Counted from the first letter of the stretch, positions 38,281-48,352 are shown. The stretch is 57,822 bases of DNA from Bdellovibrionales bacterium (GCA_013216195.1 JABSOQ010000006.1:1-57822), one strand, 5' to 3'. Made by a program: numbers and translations. The notes: generated from the sequence alone by a model not told the origin.

Positions 38281-39377
38281 GTGGAAATGTTGTCCCAATC
38301 TTCACCATATCTGTTGATTAACCAATTGAAGGCATAGTGCCTCTCATAAACCACACCAGGCTGCAGACCTGCTGCGGGATCTTGATTGTTGACTCTTGCC
38401 TCGGTGCAGGCCCAAGCCAAACGGTAGGTGAAGTCTAGCTCATCCAAAACTGAGTTTTTATTTTGAGGCCTGGCTTTGCTAACGAAATCATCAAAGTCTT
38501 GGCTATCTCGAATTACGGGTATCAAGCTCGGAACTTCGACAATCTCAGTAGGAGACTTGAGATCAGCCATGTAGCCCGCCGCCCACATCAGTGCGTATAG
38601 CGATTCATACCGCCAAGTGCAGTTGACAAATATATTGTCAGGAGCCGATGGGTCTTTCAAGAATTGCAACTCAAAAGGTGACACCTCTGCCGGGTCGATC
38701 TCATATTTTTCTAAAACCTGAAAACTGATTTCAGACTCACGAGTTTCTCCCTTAACTGCTACTGCTGCTAGGGTGATGATACGTCTTGCTAAGGTTTCAG
38801 TATCGCGAAGCTGCGTTTGGCTCGAAGAGGGAATCACCGGTAGAGAATCAAGAGTCGGCACCCCCATTTCGGCAATCTTTCTCAGGCTTCGTGATTTTCG
38901 CTCGAGGTTCTCTTGATCCTCTTCAACCAAGTGTTCGAAGCTATCGGCTGGTACTCGAAAATCATAGTCACTGACCTCACAAGCGCCTTCAAAGCTGTGT
39001 ACAACCTCTAGGCGTGGAGTCATCAGGGCCTCTGCCGGAGTGAATACAATCGCTCCCATGTGTTCAGCCATTGAGGTGATTAAGGTCACTGCCTCATCGA
39101 GATCTTCATAGTCGATTTTGAAGGCTCGCTCACACTTGGTGAGGTGGATCAAAACCTTTTCTTGCGGGGTGCGATGGGCATCAGTGATCAGCCCCTGATA
39201 CAAGTTGTGCATACCCTGTTTTTGTTGATTTAGGTAATCATCACCGTCAGAGATCACAACTTTAGATACGGGCACATGAACACCCGCCTCGTCCTCATGG
39301 CATTCGTATGAGCTCATGAAGTCACGAAATATCTCAATGTCTGAAAAAGCGGTGAAAAGATAAAGCGAGTTTGCCAT
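38271..39377 (-). CDS. DUF4272-domain protein
   Basis: WRYESLYALMWA, LDELD..YRLAWAC and VVYERHYAFNWL..WD motifs. Confidence 0.8.
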   Translation of the reverse strand: MANSLYLFTAFSDIEIFRDFMSSYECHEDEAGVHVPVSKVVISDGDDYLNQQKQGMHNLYQGLITDAHRTPQEKVLIHLTKCERAFKIDYEDLDEAVTLITSMAEHMGAIVFTPAEALMTPRLEVVHSFEGACEVSDYDFRVPADSFEHLVEEDQENLERKSRSLRKIAEMGVPTLDSLPVIPSSSQTQLRDTETLARRIITLAAVAVKGETRESEISFQVLEKYEIDPAEVSPFELQFLKDPSAPDNIFVNCTWRYESLYALMWAAGYMADLKSPTEIVEVPSLIPVIRDSQDFDDFVSKARPQNKNSVLDELDFTYRLAWACTEARVNNQDPAAGLQPGVVYERHYAFNWLINRYGEDWDNISTHT

Positions 39378-39481
39378 CCTGTGATTCTCCTCGAGCTTCT
39401 TATCAGTTTGGCAGTGAGCCTCGAGGAGAGCAAAGTGAATACCCGATTCAGGTCATTGATCGGGCAACTTTCTGTGTCGGC

Positions 39482-42190
39482 TTAAAGTCCAACCAGTGAT
39501 TGGGCTTTTGCGAAAGCCTGATCCAGAGCAGAGCGGTCGGGCACTGCCCCTTGAGCAAAGTCAGGTCTTCCGCCGCCTTTGCCGCCGAGAGACTCTGCGA
39601 TCTCTTTTAAAATGGCGCCAGCTTTAAGTTGTTTCGATAAATCTTTGCTTACAGACACAATAAGGGGGTGGTTCTTATCGCCTTGGCCGAGCAAGACCAC
39701 TACGCCACTGCCGATTTTATCTGTGAGCTGCGTAGAGAGGTCTCCCAAAACCTTTCGGTCATCGAGAGGAATGTCACCCAGAACCAATTTGCCCTCGGCG
39801 CCATTAAAGCTAAAAGGTTTCGCCTCTCCCAGTAGGCTCTCGACATTGACATTAGACCCTTTGAGCTTTTGAACCTCTTTTTTGAGGTCTTTGATTTGAG
39901 ACTTTAAAGCCTCTACTTGTGCGGCCACGTCAGAGTCGCTATCGAAATAAGCTGTCCAGCTTTCACTGATACCTGTGGCTTCGCGAGCCATTTGGTTCTC
40001 TTGAGTGTTTTTCATTAGAAAGGCTGCAGCTCGGGCTCCGGTAAGTGCTTCAATACGTCTCACCCCCGAGCTGACTCCAGATTCGCTAACCACTTTAAAA
40101 ACACGTATATTGGCCGTGTTTTCGACGTGCGTTCCTCCGCAGAGTTCTTTTGATTTTGGCCCCATCGTGACGACTCTTACATCTGAAGCATACTTTTCGC
40201 CAAACAGAGCCATGGCGCCTTCATCTAAGGCTTGCTGTTGAGGCATCACCTGAGAGGTCACATTGTAGCTAGAACTAATCTCGCTATTCACCCAGGCCTC
40301 CACTTGAGAGACCTGCTCAGCTGTCATTGGCTTGTTGTGAGTGAAGTCAAAGCGCAACCTTTCAGGCTCAACCAAACTCCCAGCTTGTTGAACGTGATCA
40401 CCCAAAATCTCTCGCAGTGCCGAGTGCATCAAGTGCGTAGCTGAGTGATTGTTGGCAGTACTTCTTCTGTCAGAATCGGTTACTTGAGCTTCTGCTGTGT
40501 CACCTTGACTGATCACTCCATCTGTCACTTTCACATGATGAAGAAAAACGTCATTTTGTTTTGTGCAGTCGAGAACTTCAGCAGTGCCTTTTGGTGTCGA
40601 AATTTTACCAACATCACCGACCTGACCACCGCCCTCGGCGTAGAAAGGCGTTTTGTCTAGTACGACAACGCCCTCTGCTCCGGCTTGCAAGCTCTCTGCT
40701 GAGGCGTTGCCGTCAGATAGTGCTACTATTTTAGAGCCCGCATTTCTAGTTGTGTTGTAACCCACAAATTCAGTTTCACCAGGTTTGCTAGCGGCTTGCG
40801 AAAATTCGACCAGGTGGGCCGCGTTGCCAGAGATTGCTTTGCCCTTCCAGCTGGCTTTGGCTTTCTGCCGGGCTTCGTTCATCTTGCTTTCAAAGCCCTT
40901 TTCGTCAACCTGCAGGCCTTGCTCTTCTGACATCAGGCGAGTGAGATCAGCAGGGAAGCCATAAGTGTCGTAAAGCTTAAAAACAGTTTCACCAGCCAAT
41001 ACGGATTGCCCTTTCTTTTTGAGCTGCATCAGCTCTTCGTTTAGCAGATGAGTACCCTGATCGAGTGTTTGCAGAAACCTTGATTCTTCGTCACGAATCG
41101 TACCCTCAATCAGTTTTTGTTGCTGCTTGAGTTCAGGGTAGAAGTCATTCATTTGCATAATTACTTCGTTCACCACTTCAGGAAGCAAGCTGTCTTCAGA
41201 CAGCTTTTTGCCGAAGCGAACAGCACGTCTTAAAATTCTTCGTAACACATAGCCACGGCCATCGTTTGAAGGCAACACACCATCGGCTATTAAGAAGGCG
41301 CCAGCTCTGGCATGATCGGCCAGCACCCGAAGTGCAACATTGGTTTCGTTGTACTTGGTTTCTTCGTCAGGGCTTAGATCTTCAAGAGTTTTGAGGTACT
41401 GAACCCCGCTTTTGTTCACAGCTCTGTTGATTAGGGCCATGAAAAGATCTGTGTGATAGTTCGAGAGCTCGCCTTGCAAAATGGTAGACAGACGCTCGAG
41501 GCCCATACCTGTGTCGACAGAGGGTTTTGGCAACGGAGTCTGCTTGCCAGTTTCGTCTTCGTTGTACTGCATGAATACTAAGTTCCAGAACTCCATGAAG
41601 CGATCTCCGTCGCCACCCATGTAATTCTGCTTCGGATCGCCTCCGACTTTGTCGCCGAGATCGATAAAGATCTCAGAGCAGGGGCCACACGGACCTGTGT
41701 CACCCATTCTCCAGAAGTTGTCCTTTTCGCCAAAGCGGTAAATTCGGTCTTTGGCTACACCCTCTTGTTTGTGCCAAATCTCGGCGGCTTCATCGTCGGT
41801 CTCAAAGACAGTGACGTAAAGAAGGTCTTTGTCGATACCGAGGTCTTTGGTAATGAACTCCCAAGCGTAATGAATGGCTTCTTTCTTAAAATAATCGCCA
41901 AATGAGAAGTTACCCAGCATTTCAAAGAAGGTTTGATGTCTGGCTGTGCGGCCAACGTTTTCGAGATCGTTATGCTTACCGCCAGCTCGAACACATTTTT
42001 GCGAGCTAACCGCTCTTGAATAGTCTCGCTGTTCAATGCCAAGAAAAGTGTTTTTGAACTGATTCATTCCGGCGTTAGTAAAAAGAAGAGTAGCATCGCC
42101 ATCTGGTACCAGGCTCGAGCTGCCGACATGGCTGTGCCCTTGTTTTTCAAAGTAGTTGATAAACTGTGAGCGAATCTCTTTGCTCTTCAT
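39482..42190 (-). CDS. alaS: Alanine--tRNA ligase
   Basis: LLFTNAGM, QTFFEMLGNFSFGDYFK, GPCGPCSE, DTGMGLER, editing motifs HSATH and ELCGGTH, GGKGGGRPDFAQG. Confidence 0.98.
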   Translation of the reverse strand: MKSKEIRSQFINYFEKQGHSHVGSSSLVPDGDATLLFTNAGMNQFKNTFLGIEQRDYSRAVSSQKCVRAGGKHNDLENVGRTARHQTFFEMLGNFSFGDYFKKEAIHYAWEFITKDLGIDKDLLYVTVFETDDEAAEIWHKQEGVAKDRIYRFGEKDNFWRMGDTGPCGPCSEIFIDLGDKVGGDPKQNYMGGDGDRFMEFWNLVFMQYNEDETGKQTPLPKPSVDTGMGLERLSTILQGELSNYHTDLFMALINRAVNKSGVQYLKTLEDLSPDEETKYNETNVALRVLADHARAGAFLIADGVLPSNDGRGYVLRRILRRAVRFGKKLSEDSLLPEVVNEVIMQMNDFYPELKQQQKLIEGTIRDEESRFLQTLDQGTHLLNEELMQLKKKGQSVLAGETVFKLYDTYGFPADLTRLMSEEQGLQVDEKGFESKMNEARQKAKASWKGKAISGNAAHLVEFSQAASKPGETEFVGYNTTRNAGSKIVALSDGNASAESLQAGAEGVVVLDKTPFYAEGGGQVGDVGKISTPKGTAEVLDCTKQNDVFLHHVKVTDGVISQGDTAEAQVTDSDRRSTANNHSATHLMHSALREILGDHVQQAGSLVEPERLRFDFTHNKPMTAEQVSQVEAWVNSEISSSYNVTSQVMPQQQALDEGAMALFGEKYASDVRVVTMGPKSKELCGGTHVENTANIRVFKVVSESGVSSGVRRIEALTGARAAAFLMKNTQENQMAREATGISESWTAYFDSDSDVAAQVEALKSQIKDLKKEVQKLKGSNVNVESLLGEAKPFSFNGAEGKLVLGDIPLDDRKVLGDLSTQLTDKIGSGVVVLLGQGDKNHPLIVSVSKDLSKQLKAGAILKEIAESLGGKGGGRPDFAQGAVPDRSALDQAFAKAQSLVGL

Positions 42191-42316
42191 GTTCTCTCCT
42201 CTTTTTGGATCGAAACCATCTCCAAGTGGTAGCGCCAGGGTCTTTGCGAAGGCACCATCACAACAGAGTCTCTCACTTTGGGGTGAGGGCCTGGGGTTTC
42301 AGTAAACTTTCAGAAT

Positions 42317-42775
42317 TCATGAATTTAATACGACTGAGCTGCAGATGTAAGGCTCAAATCCTCTTCGTTGTAAAAACTGAGCGATTTTTTGCTTTTCTTC
42401 GTAAGATTTTTCGTCCAACCGGCCAAATCTGAGTGTTACGAGGGCTTTAGCTCTCAGAGTTTCATCCTCAGAATCGAATTCTACCGGGGGCAGCCCCTTT
42501 TCAGCCAATTGGGCCTGTATGTACAGCTTGCCCTTGCCTTTGTCTTTGAGCCTTTGGGCTGTGCGTTCTGCCATGTCTTGAGCGTCTGGCATCCAGCCGT
42601 TGGCTTGAGCGTACTGAATCAAATCTTGTACTAAAGCTGGGTCAAATTTTTGCGAAAGTTTGGTTTTTAGTTCTTTTTCGGAATGATCGCGATTTGCAAT
42701 ATACCGGCTGAGACTTCGGTAACCTCTCATCCAATCGTCATGCTTTTGATTGAGTTCTTTGAACTGCTCTTTCAC
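42317..42775 (-). CDS. recX: Regulatory protein RecX
   Basis: RDHSEKELKTKL, KGKLYIQAQL.EKG and KIAQFLQRRGF repeats; upstream of alaS. Confidence 0.88.
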   Translation of the reverse strand: MKEQFKELNQKHDDWMRGYRSLSRYIANRDHSEKELKTKLSQKFDPALVQDLIQYAQANGWMPDAQDMAERTAQRLKDKGKGKLYIQAQLAEKGLPPVEFDSEDETLRAKALVTLRFGRLDEKSYEEKQKIAQFLQRRGFEPYICSSVVLNS

Positions 42776-42907
42776 AACCTAAAAGTAACATAAGCCCTGT
42801 TGCGCCGAAACATTTAAATGTCAGGATCGCTACTCTCAGCAAGGTTTTGCTGGTCAGCACCACAAAAAGCTGATTTGCTTTTGGTCTCAAGGATTGAGGG
42901 GGGAAGA

Positions 42908-44242
42908 ATGAAGATTAGCCGTCGTGGCTTTTTGAGCGCCACAGCGCTGTGGGGTGCCAGTTATGCTGAACGCTCTGCAGCCTTCACACAAAAAATTCGA
43001 GATCAACGATACGCAATCTGCCAAGGTGCAACAGACTCAAGTTCAACTACCATAAGCGCTCTTGTGCCAAACAATGCCGAGTACGACGTCATAGTGACAG
43101 GTAGTCAGGGCGAGCGCATCCAACAGGTAGCACTGGCGGTTCATCAAAGAGATCACTCTGATTCGAAACTGCTTCAACTTACGATCACGGGTTTGCAACC
43201 GGGCCGAGACTATCAGCTCGCGATAGCGAGATCAGATAGCTCTTATGTCGAGAGACGGTTTTTTCAGTCGTTAAACCTTAAGAGCGAAAAGGTACGTATC
43301 GCTCTTGCCTCTTGTATGAATGATCACATTCATAGTGCGAGGGTTTGGCAAAGCATGGAGAGACAAAAGCCGGATGCGATTTTTTTTCTTGGCGATGCGG
43401 TTTATGCTGATCACCCAAGCCTTTTCGATCGGCGAACTGCAGATCCTAGGCAGATGTGGGAACGCTTTGTTGAGGCCTGGAGCACACTTGACTTTTACAA
43501 ATGGCCCTCGCTGAAGCCAGTGTTTGCCACTTGGGATGATCACGACTACGGCTCAAATAACTCGAACCGCAAATACCCGCACAAAGAGTATGCTGCCGAG
43601 CACTTCAAAGCCTTTTATGGCCAATTGCCTGACACCACTTCTTTCTTGAAGGGGCCCGGTATCAGTTATGAGCTAAAGGCCTTTGGTCAGCAGTTCTTGT
43701 TTTTGGATGGCAGAACTTTTCGTTCAGAAGCTCGTGCTAGCGAGCAGACCTTCTTTGGCAGAGAGCAGGAAAACTGGCTGTTGCAAAAGCTGTCTGAGGG
43801 GAGTGGGCCAGCTTGGATTGTTTCGGGCAGTCAGTGGTTTGGTGGGTATTTAGAAAAAGAGTCTTATGAGTACTCTCACGGTGATTCTTTTGAGTGGATG
43901 CTTGAGCAACTTGCTGAGGTGACTCGAAATATCAGTTTTGTTTCTGGAGACGTCCACTTTTCAGAAGTGATGGCAATAGAGGAAAGCCTGCTTGGTTACC
44001 CAACTCTAGAGGTAACGGCGAGCTCTATACACAGCCCAACCGTGCCGGGGTGGCACAGGTTGTTCAGCAACCCAAGAAGACTGAGGTCAACAGGGCGGCA
44101 TAATTTTTTAGCCCTCGATTTAGAATTGACTCCAGGAGGCGGGCAGCAAGAGACCATTCGCTCTTTTGGAAAAGGCAGGCGAGCCTTGTTCACTGTCACT
44201 AGGCGAATTGATAGCCAAGGCCGTGTGGAGATCGAAAGCTGA
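42908..44242 (+). CDS. phoD: Alkaline phosphatase D family protein with Tat signal
   Basis: SRRGFL Tat motif from ATG 42908 (GAGGGGG RBS); ASC, GDAVYAD, WDDHDY, LDGRTFR, SGDVH. Confidence 0.9.
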   Translation: MKISRRGFLSATALWGASYAERSAAFTQKIRDQRYAICQGATDSSSTTISALVPNNAEYDVIVTGSQGERIQQVALAVHQRDHSDSKLLQLTITGLQPGRDYQLAIARSDSSYVERRFFQSLNLKSEKVRIALASCMNDHIHSARVWQSMERQKPDAIFFLGDAVYADHPSLFDRRTADPRQMWERFVEAWSTLDFYKWPSLKPVFATWDDHDYGSNNSNRKYPHKEYAAEHFKAFYGQLPDTTSFLKGPGISYELKAFGQQFLFLDGRTFRSEARASEQTFFGREQENWLLQKLSEGSGPAWIVSGSQWFGGYLEKESYEYSHGDSFEWMLEQLAEVTRNISFVSGDVHFSEVMAIEESLLGYPTLEVTASSIHSPTVPGWHRLFSNPRRLRSTGRHNFLALDLELTPGGGQQETIRSFGKGRRALFTVTRRIDSQGRVEIES

Positions 44243-44279
44243 TCAGTTTTCTTTTAGAATCAAATGTTTGAGAGAAACG

Positions 44280-44304
44280 AAAGCCTCCTGCGGGAGGCTT
44301 TTTT
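44280..44304. terminator. Intrinsic terminator between convergent genes
   Basis: AAAGCCTCC-TGCG-GGAGGCTTT followed by further Ts. Confidence 0.85.
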
Positions 44305-44305
44305 G

Positions 44306-45004
44306 TTAAATGGTTTCGAGACTCGGGAGTGTCGGTAGCTCTTCATCGAATTGCTGAATCGCTGGCAGAGCAAGAGTTTGAGAGCAGGGGTCTGAGGCGT
44401 GGTTCAGTAAAAAGGTGTTTAGGTCAATGGCATCTTCAAGTTCGATATTTAACATTTTGGCTCGGTCGTGAGCTGGCATTCCAACCAAGACCGGAGACTC
44501 TCCAGCGCCACCCTCGCCATCACAGCTGTCTTTGATAAGTCTTAGAGCGTGATGTTGAACCGACCCGGGGGCATCTTTCAGCGCCGCAAAAACTTCAGGC
44601 TTGATGCTCTCATCTTGTGCTTGCTGCATTCGAATTTCGACGCGCAAACTCTGACCATCAGCATTTGGCTCGACGCTGACCTCACGGTCAGAGCCGCACT
44701 CTCGGCTTATGTACGATTGAAGTTCGCTCTGCACGTGGCCCATTATCACAGAGATGTCATAACTGTTTTGCGCTGAAAGCGAACTGTAGAGGTTGGTATC
44801 TGTGCTAAGTAGAGCATCACTCAAGCAAGAGCTTGCATCGAACCCGATTCTAGAGAAAATCTGCACTCGGTTAGAGCAGAAATTATTGCCAATGGCTCTC
44901 TTGGCTTGCTCCAAGCCACAGGTGTTTGCAAAACCTTGTGCGCTCTGTTGGGCCAGTGCTGCACCAGTGAACAAACTCAAAAAGATCATTACGAGGTTTT
45001 TCAT
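44306..45004 (-). CDS. Secreted Cys-containing hypothetical protein
   Basis: GGAGGAGG RBS; signal peptide MKNLVMIFLSLFTGAALA; six Cys. Confidence 0.7.
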   Translation of the reverse strand: MKNLVMIFLSLFTGAALAQQSAQGFANTCGLEQAKRAIGNNFCSNRVQIFSRIGFDASSCLSDALLSTDTNLYSSLSAQNSYDISVIMGHVQSELQSYISRECGSDREVSVEPNADGQSLRVEIRMQQAQDESIKPEVFAALKDAPGSVQHHALRLIKDSCDGEGGAGESPVLVGMPAHDRAKMLNIELEDAIDLNTFLLNHASDPCSQTLALPAIQQFDEELPTLPSLETI

Positions 45005-45210
45005 TTAGCCTCCTCCTCACTCTCTCACTTCTATATATTGCAAGCGTGCCAGGCCGGTTTTGCCCTCAGAAACTGTCAAAGCCAGTGCGAGATTAGGGGG
45101 AGCTCTGGCTAAGTGTCTGAAAACACTTAAGAAAAGGTGTCTAACTGTTAGAGGCTCAAAAGTGACCAAAGAGGGCAAATAGCAAATTGAAGGTAAGTTA
45201 AATCAGGTAC

Positions 45211-45936
45211 TTACAAGGGGTGACGATTCAGCACTTGCAGCACGACTCTGCGGTTCTGGCCTTGGTTTTCGATGATGGGCTGGCCATCTTCGCCTCGGTG
45301 GGGCAGCTTAGGGCGAGTCTCTCCAAAACCGATGGTCATGATTTGATCTCTTCCGAAACCTTTTTGCTCGAATAGGCGCGCTACTGCACCGGCTCGAAGC
45401 GCTGAAAGCTCCCAGTTACTAGCAACTACACCTTTTTTTATTGGTACGTCATCAGTGTGACCTTCAATTAAGAACTTTTTGTCGCCTGCATTTACATCGA
45501 GTATGCCGACAATCTCTTTCATGAGAGATGTGGCATTGTCTTTCAATGCTATCGAGCCAGAATCAAAAAACAGGGTACCTTTAAAAATGAGTTTAATCCC
45601 CGTCTTCTTCACAACAGTCTCAACTTGGTCCTCGAGGCCTTTTTCTTTGATAACCGCATCGATCTTTTTTGCAAGCTTCTTGTAGGGCTCTTCAACCTCG
45701 CCTTTAAAGTACTTGGCGGTTTGATCGCCGACGTCTGCAAATTTTTGCTCATCAAAGTTTGCCATTGAAGTCATGAGAGCAAAGAACCCCATAAGAAGAG
45801 TCATCAAATCAGCGTAGCTGATTAGCCAGATGCCCTCTGAATCTTCGTGTCCACCCGAATGGCCTTCATCAAAGTCGATGAGCCCGTGCTCTTCGCTTTC
45901 TTCTCCAACCATGTCTAAGGGGTTTGCGTCGCTCAT
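45211..45936 (-). CDS. motB: Stator subunit MotB (OmpA-like peptidoglycan-binding domain)
   Basis: WLISYADLMTLLMGFF with the essential Asp; LFFDSGS, EGHTDD, NWELSALRA, NRRV. Confidence 0.93.
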   Translation of the reverse strand: MSDANPLDMVGEESEEHGLIDFDEGHSGGHEDSEGIWLISYADLMTLLMGFFALMTSMANFDEQKFADVGDQTAKYFKGEVEEPYKKLAKKIDAVIKEKGLEDQVETVVKKTGIKLIFKGTLFFDSGSIALKDNATSLMKEIVGILDVNAGDKKFLIEGHTDDVPIKKGVVASNWELSALRAGAVARLFEQKGFGRDQIMTIGFGETRPKLPHRGEDGQPIIENQGQNRRVVLQVLNRHPL

Positions 45937-45948
45937 AAATTATTCCTG

Positions 45949-46761
45949 TTAAGCTGCTTCTGCTTGTTCTGCAGATTCAGAACTTTGGTCAACTAAATCT
46001 CTCTCAGAAGGAAGAAGGTAACTTTTGATATTTTCTTCTACGAGAAGAGGGTGCTTTTTTAATCGAATCAGTTTGATTCCGTCGATCACCATTGATCTGA
46101 CTGTTTTATCTGTTCTGTTGTGTTTGGCCAGATTCTCACCAAGTGGGATCAAGATAAAGTTCGCAAATGCGATACCGTACATTGTTGCCACAAGAGCAAC
46201 AGCCATAGCAGGACCAACACCTTTAATGGCATCAGCACCACCTAGACTCTGCATGAGCGCGATCATTCCAACCACTGCACCGAGGAGACCAAAGGCAGGG
46301 GGGAACTTGGCGAGGGTGTTGAACACGTTTGAATCTTCTTCATAACGCTTAAAGTGAGTTTGAGCTCTCTTCATTAAAATGGTGTCAATGTCCCCCGCAC
46401 TCAGACCACCTTGCACCATGAGTTCAACTGCTTCTCTAAGAAAGTGAGTTTTGATCTCGGGTAGCTTTGTTTCCAGATAGTTAGGATCCTCACGGTAACC
46501 GCGTGATAAGTCTACAATTTCAGCGATAACTGATTGATAGACTGGGGTTGTTCCTCGAATCACTCTGGTTATGATCACACGAAGCATGGAGATCATTTTA
46601 CCGAATGAAAAACTAGTGAGTGCAGCCGCAAGAGTTCCACCAATCACAATCATAAAGGCGTGATAGTCTAAGAAGACGGACATATCCTTTACTGATGTTG
46701 CCATAGTCGCAATCAGTACAGTAATCGCAAGGGTGATACCTGTAATAGATGAGTAATTCAC
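45949..46761 (-). CDS. motA: Stator subunit MotA
   Basis: IVIGGT, PAFGLLGAVVGMI, GPAMAVALVATMYG..P; GTG start with GGAGG RBS. Confidence 0.93.
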   Translation of the reverse strand: MNYSSITGITLAITVLIATMATSVKDMSVFLDYHAFMIVIGGTLAAALTSFSFGKMISMLRVIITRVIRGTTPVYQSVIAEIVDLSRGYREDPNYLETKLPEIKTHFLREAVELMVQGGLSAGDIDTILMKRAQTHFKRYEEDSNVFNTLAKFPPAFGLLGAVVGMIALMQSLGGADAIKGVGPAMAVALVATMYGIAFANFILIPLGENLAKHNRTDKTVRSMVIDGIKLIRLKKHPLLVEENIKSYLLPSERDLVDQSSESAEQAEAA

Positions 46762-46780
46762 AATTCATCCTCCTAAAGTC

Positions 46781-46807
46781 TTATCGGCCTTCAAAATGAA
46801 CCATCGA
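46781..46807 (-). promoter_or_regulatory. Putative sigma28 promoter of motAB
   Basis: TCGA-N15-GCCGATAA on the - strand (perfect -10, weak -35), immediately upstream of the motA RBS. Confidence 0.55.
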
Positions 46808-46919
46808 GTCCAGAACTGGCTATGACAAGGGTCTAGGAGATCAGGATCCTCGGCCAGCTCTCACAACTTTGAAGTCTGGTCGAGGTGTTACGCCCCGCAA
46901 TTTGATGTAACCTTACTAT

Positions 46920-48308
46920 ATGGAGATAGAAAACCAAAAGCCTGTTCCTATGAATCTCGATGCCATTGAAATGTCTGGTGATCAGAAGGAGTGGTACGTT
47001 TACCGAGACGACAAACACTTTGGGCCCTTCAGTGTAAAGTGGATCCAGGAGTTTCTTGAGGCTGGAGCTCTAAGCCGAGAGCATTTCATTTGGAGACCCG
47101 GTCTGCAAGACTGGAAGTCGATTGAGCACTTTGAAAACTTTCGAGCTTATCTGAATGATCAAAGCCAACAGGCGATGTCAGATCTCGATTTCGAAAATAT
47201 GTTAAGAGTCGAAGACTACCGAGAGAGAGAGTTGGGTTCGCCAACTCACCCAATTCGCTGGGGTGCTCAGATCACTGAGCCTTTGCTTGAGTCAATGAGT
47301 CCGACTCAAATTCGAATTGGCTGGAACCGCTTTCATGCCGCTGTTCAAAATGGAGCTAGAACCTTTGGTTCGTGGTCTATCAAAAGCAAACTCCTGGCGG
47401 CAGTCGTGGGTATTGCGGCTATCGGAGCCCTGAACTTGAGCCTTATGGACTTCCAGTTCACGCCTCAAGAAAGAGCAATCTACGAGGCCATGAATCAGAA
47501 GTCACAAAACCTTGCGGATCAGATCTTAGATGAGGGCGAGGCGATGGCAGGTGTTTTGCCTTCACTACAGCCTTCAGAGTTCGTTATCGTCACTAATGAG
47601 ACGATGATGTCGAACAAGTTTGAGATCACTCTTGAAGGTGTGACAGGCACTCTTGTGGGTATACCCAATTTTCGCACTCGCCTTGAGATCGAGAACGGCA
47701 CAGCCCTTCATAAATTCTCTAATGCCGGTGTCTCTCTAGACCCTTTGCCTCCAGGTCAGTACTTTTTGAAGTGGAAGTGTTTAGATTGCGGGGAGGCGAA
47801 CCCACTCGTTGGCGAGTCAGCTGTATCTCAACTGTTCTTCGTAGACAAAGGCCTTTATAGGCAAAAACTCAAAGCCTACGAGGGGTCATATTTGGCTCAA
47901 GCCGGGCTTGAAAAAGATGAGCTCAAGCAGCTACACGCGGCTCTCCAGCAGCATTTTGATTTTACAATTGGTGAGTTTTCTCGAATTAACAAATTCTCTG
48001 GAGAACGACGTCGCAACCTTTGGGGCTTGCACACGCCTGAATGGCAAAAAGATCAGGGAGAATTTAAAAAGATATTCTCAAGCTTAGCCGATCCTCAGTT
48101 TTTGAATCAGCTTGTCTATAGAGACATCTATCAAGAGCTTGGTCGAGTCAGTGAAGACATTGGAAGACTGCAGTACCTGCAATCTCGTGTTTTCCAGAAT
48201 GAATCTGTTAATGAACTTTCTCAGGCATCATTACTTAGTGACAAGCTGCAAAAGCGACTTACGAAGTTGAGGTCTGAGGTTATGGGGTTAGACAGGAAGT
48301 CTAACTGA
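46920..48308 (+). CDS. GYF_2 (DUF4339) domain membrane protein
   Basis: WYVYRDDKHFGPFS..I..FL..G.LS....IWRPGLQDWKSI is the GYF_2 signature; one TM (LLAAVVGIAAIGALNLSLM); C-terminal Ig-like and helical region. Confidence 0.8.
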   Translation: MEIENQKPVPMNLDAIEMSGDQKEWYVYRDDKHFGPFSVKWIQEFLEAGALSREHFIWRPGLQDWKSIEHFENFRAYLNDQSQQAMSDLDFENMLRVEDYRERELGSPTHPIRWGAQITEPLLESMSPTQIRIGWNRFHAAVQNGARTFGSWSIKSKLLAAVVGIAAIGALNLSLMDFQFTPQERAIYEAMNQKSQNLADQILDEGEAMAGVLPSLQPSEFVIVTNETMMSNKFEITLEGVTGTLVGIPNFRTRLEIENGTALHKFSNAGVSLDPLPPGQYFLKWKCLDCGEANPLVGESAVSQLFFVDKGLYRQKLKAYEGSYLAQAGLEKDELKQLHAALQQHFDFTIGEFSRINKFSGERRRNLWGLHTPEWQKDQGEFKKIFSSLADPQFLNQLVYRDIYQELGRVSEDIGRLQYLQSRVFQNESVNELSQASLLSDKLQKRLTKLRSEVMGLDRKSN

Positions 48309-48352
48309 ACAATTGATGTTTTAGCCTAACGTCGCAATCTGGCACACGTGCA

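Noticed and set aside
42191-42316. T-box or glycine riboswitch before alaS
   Set aside because: The region is too short for a T-box, has no proper GGTGGNACCGCG motif or terminator, and lacks the glycine aptamer CTCTCAGG core on the coding strand.
45211-46761. Zorya (ZorAB) anti-phage system
   Set aside because: MotA is 270 aa without the long ZorA tail, and no ZorC/D/E-like helicase or nuclease genes are adjacent.
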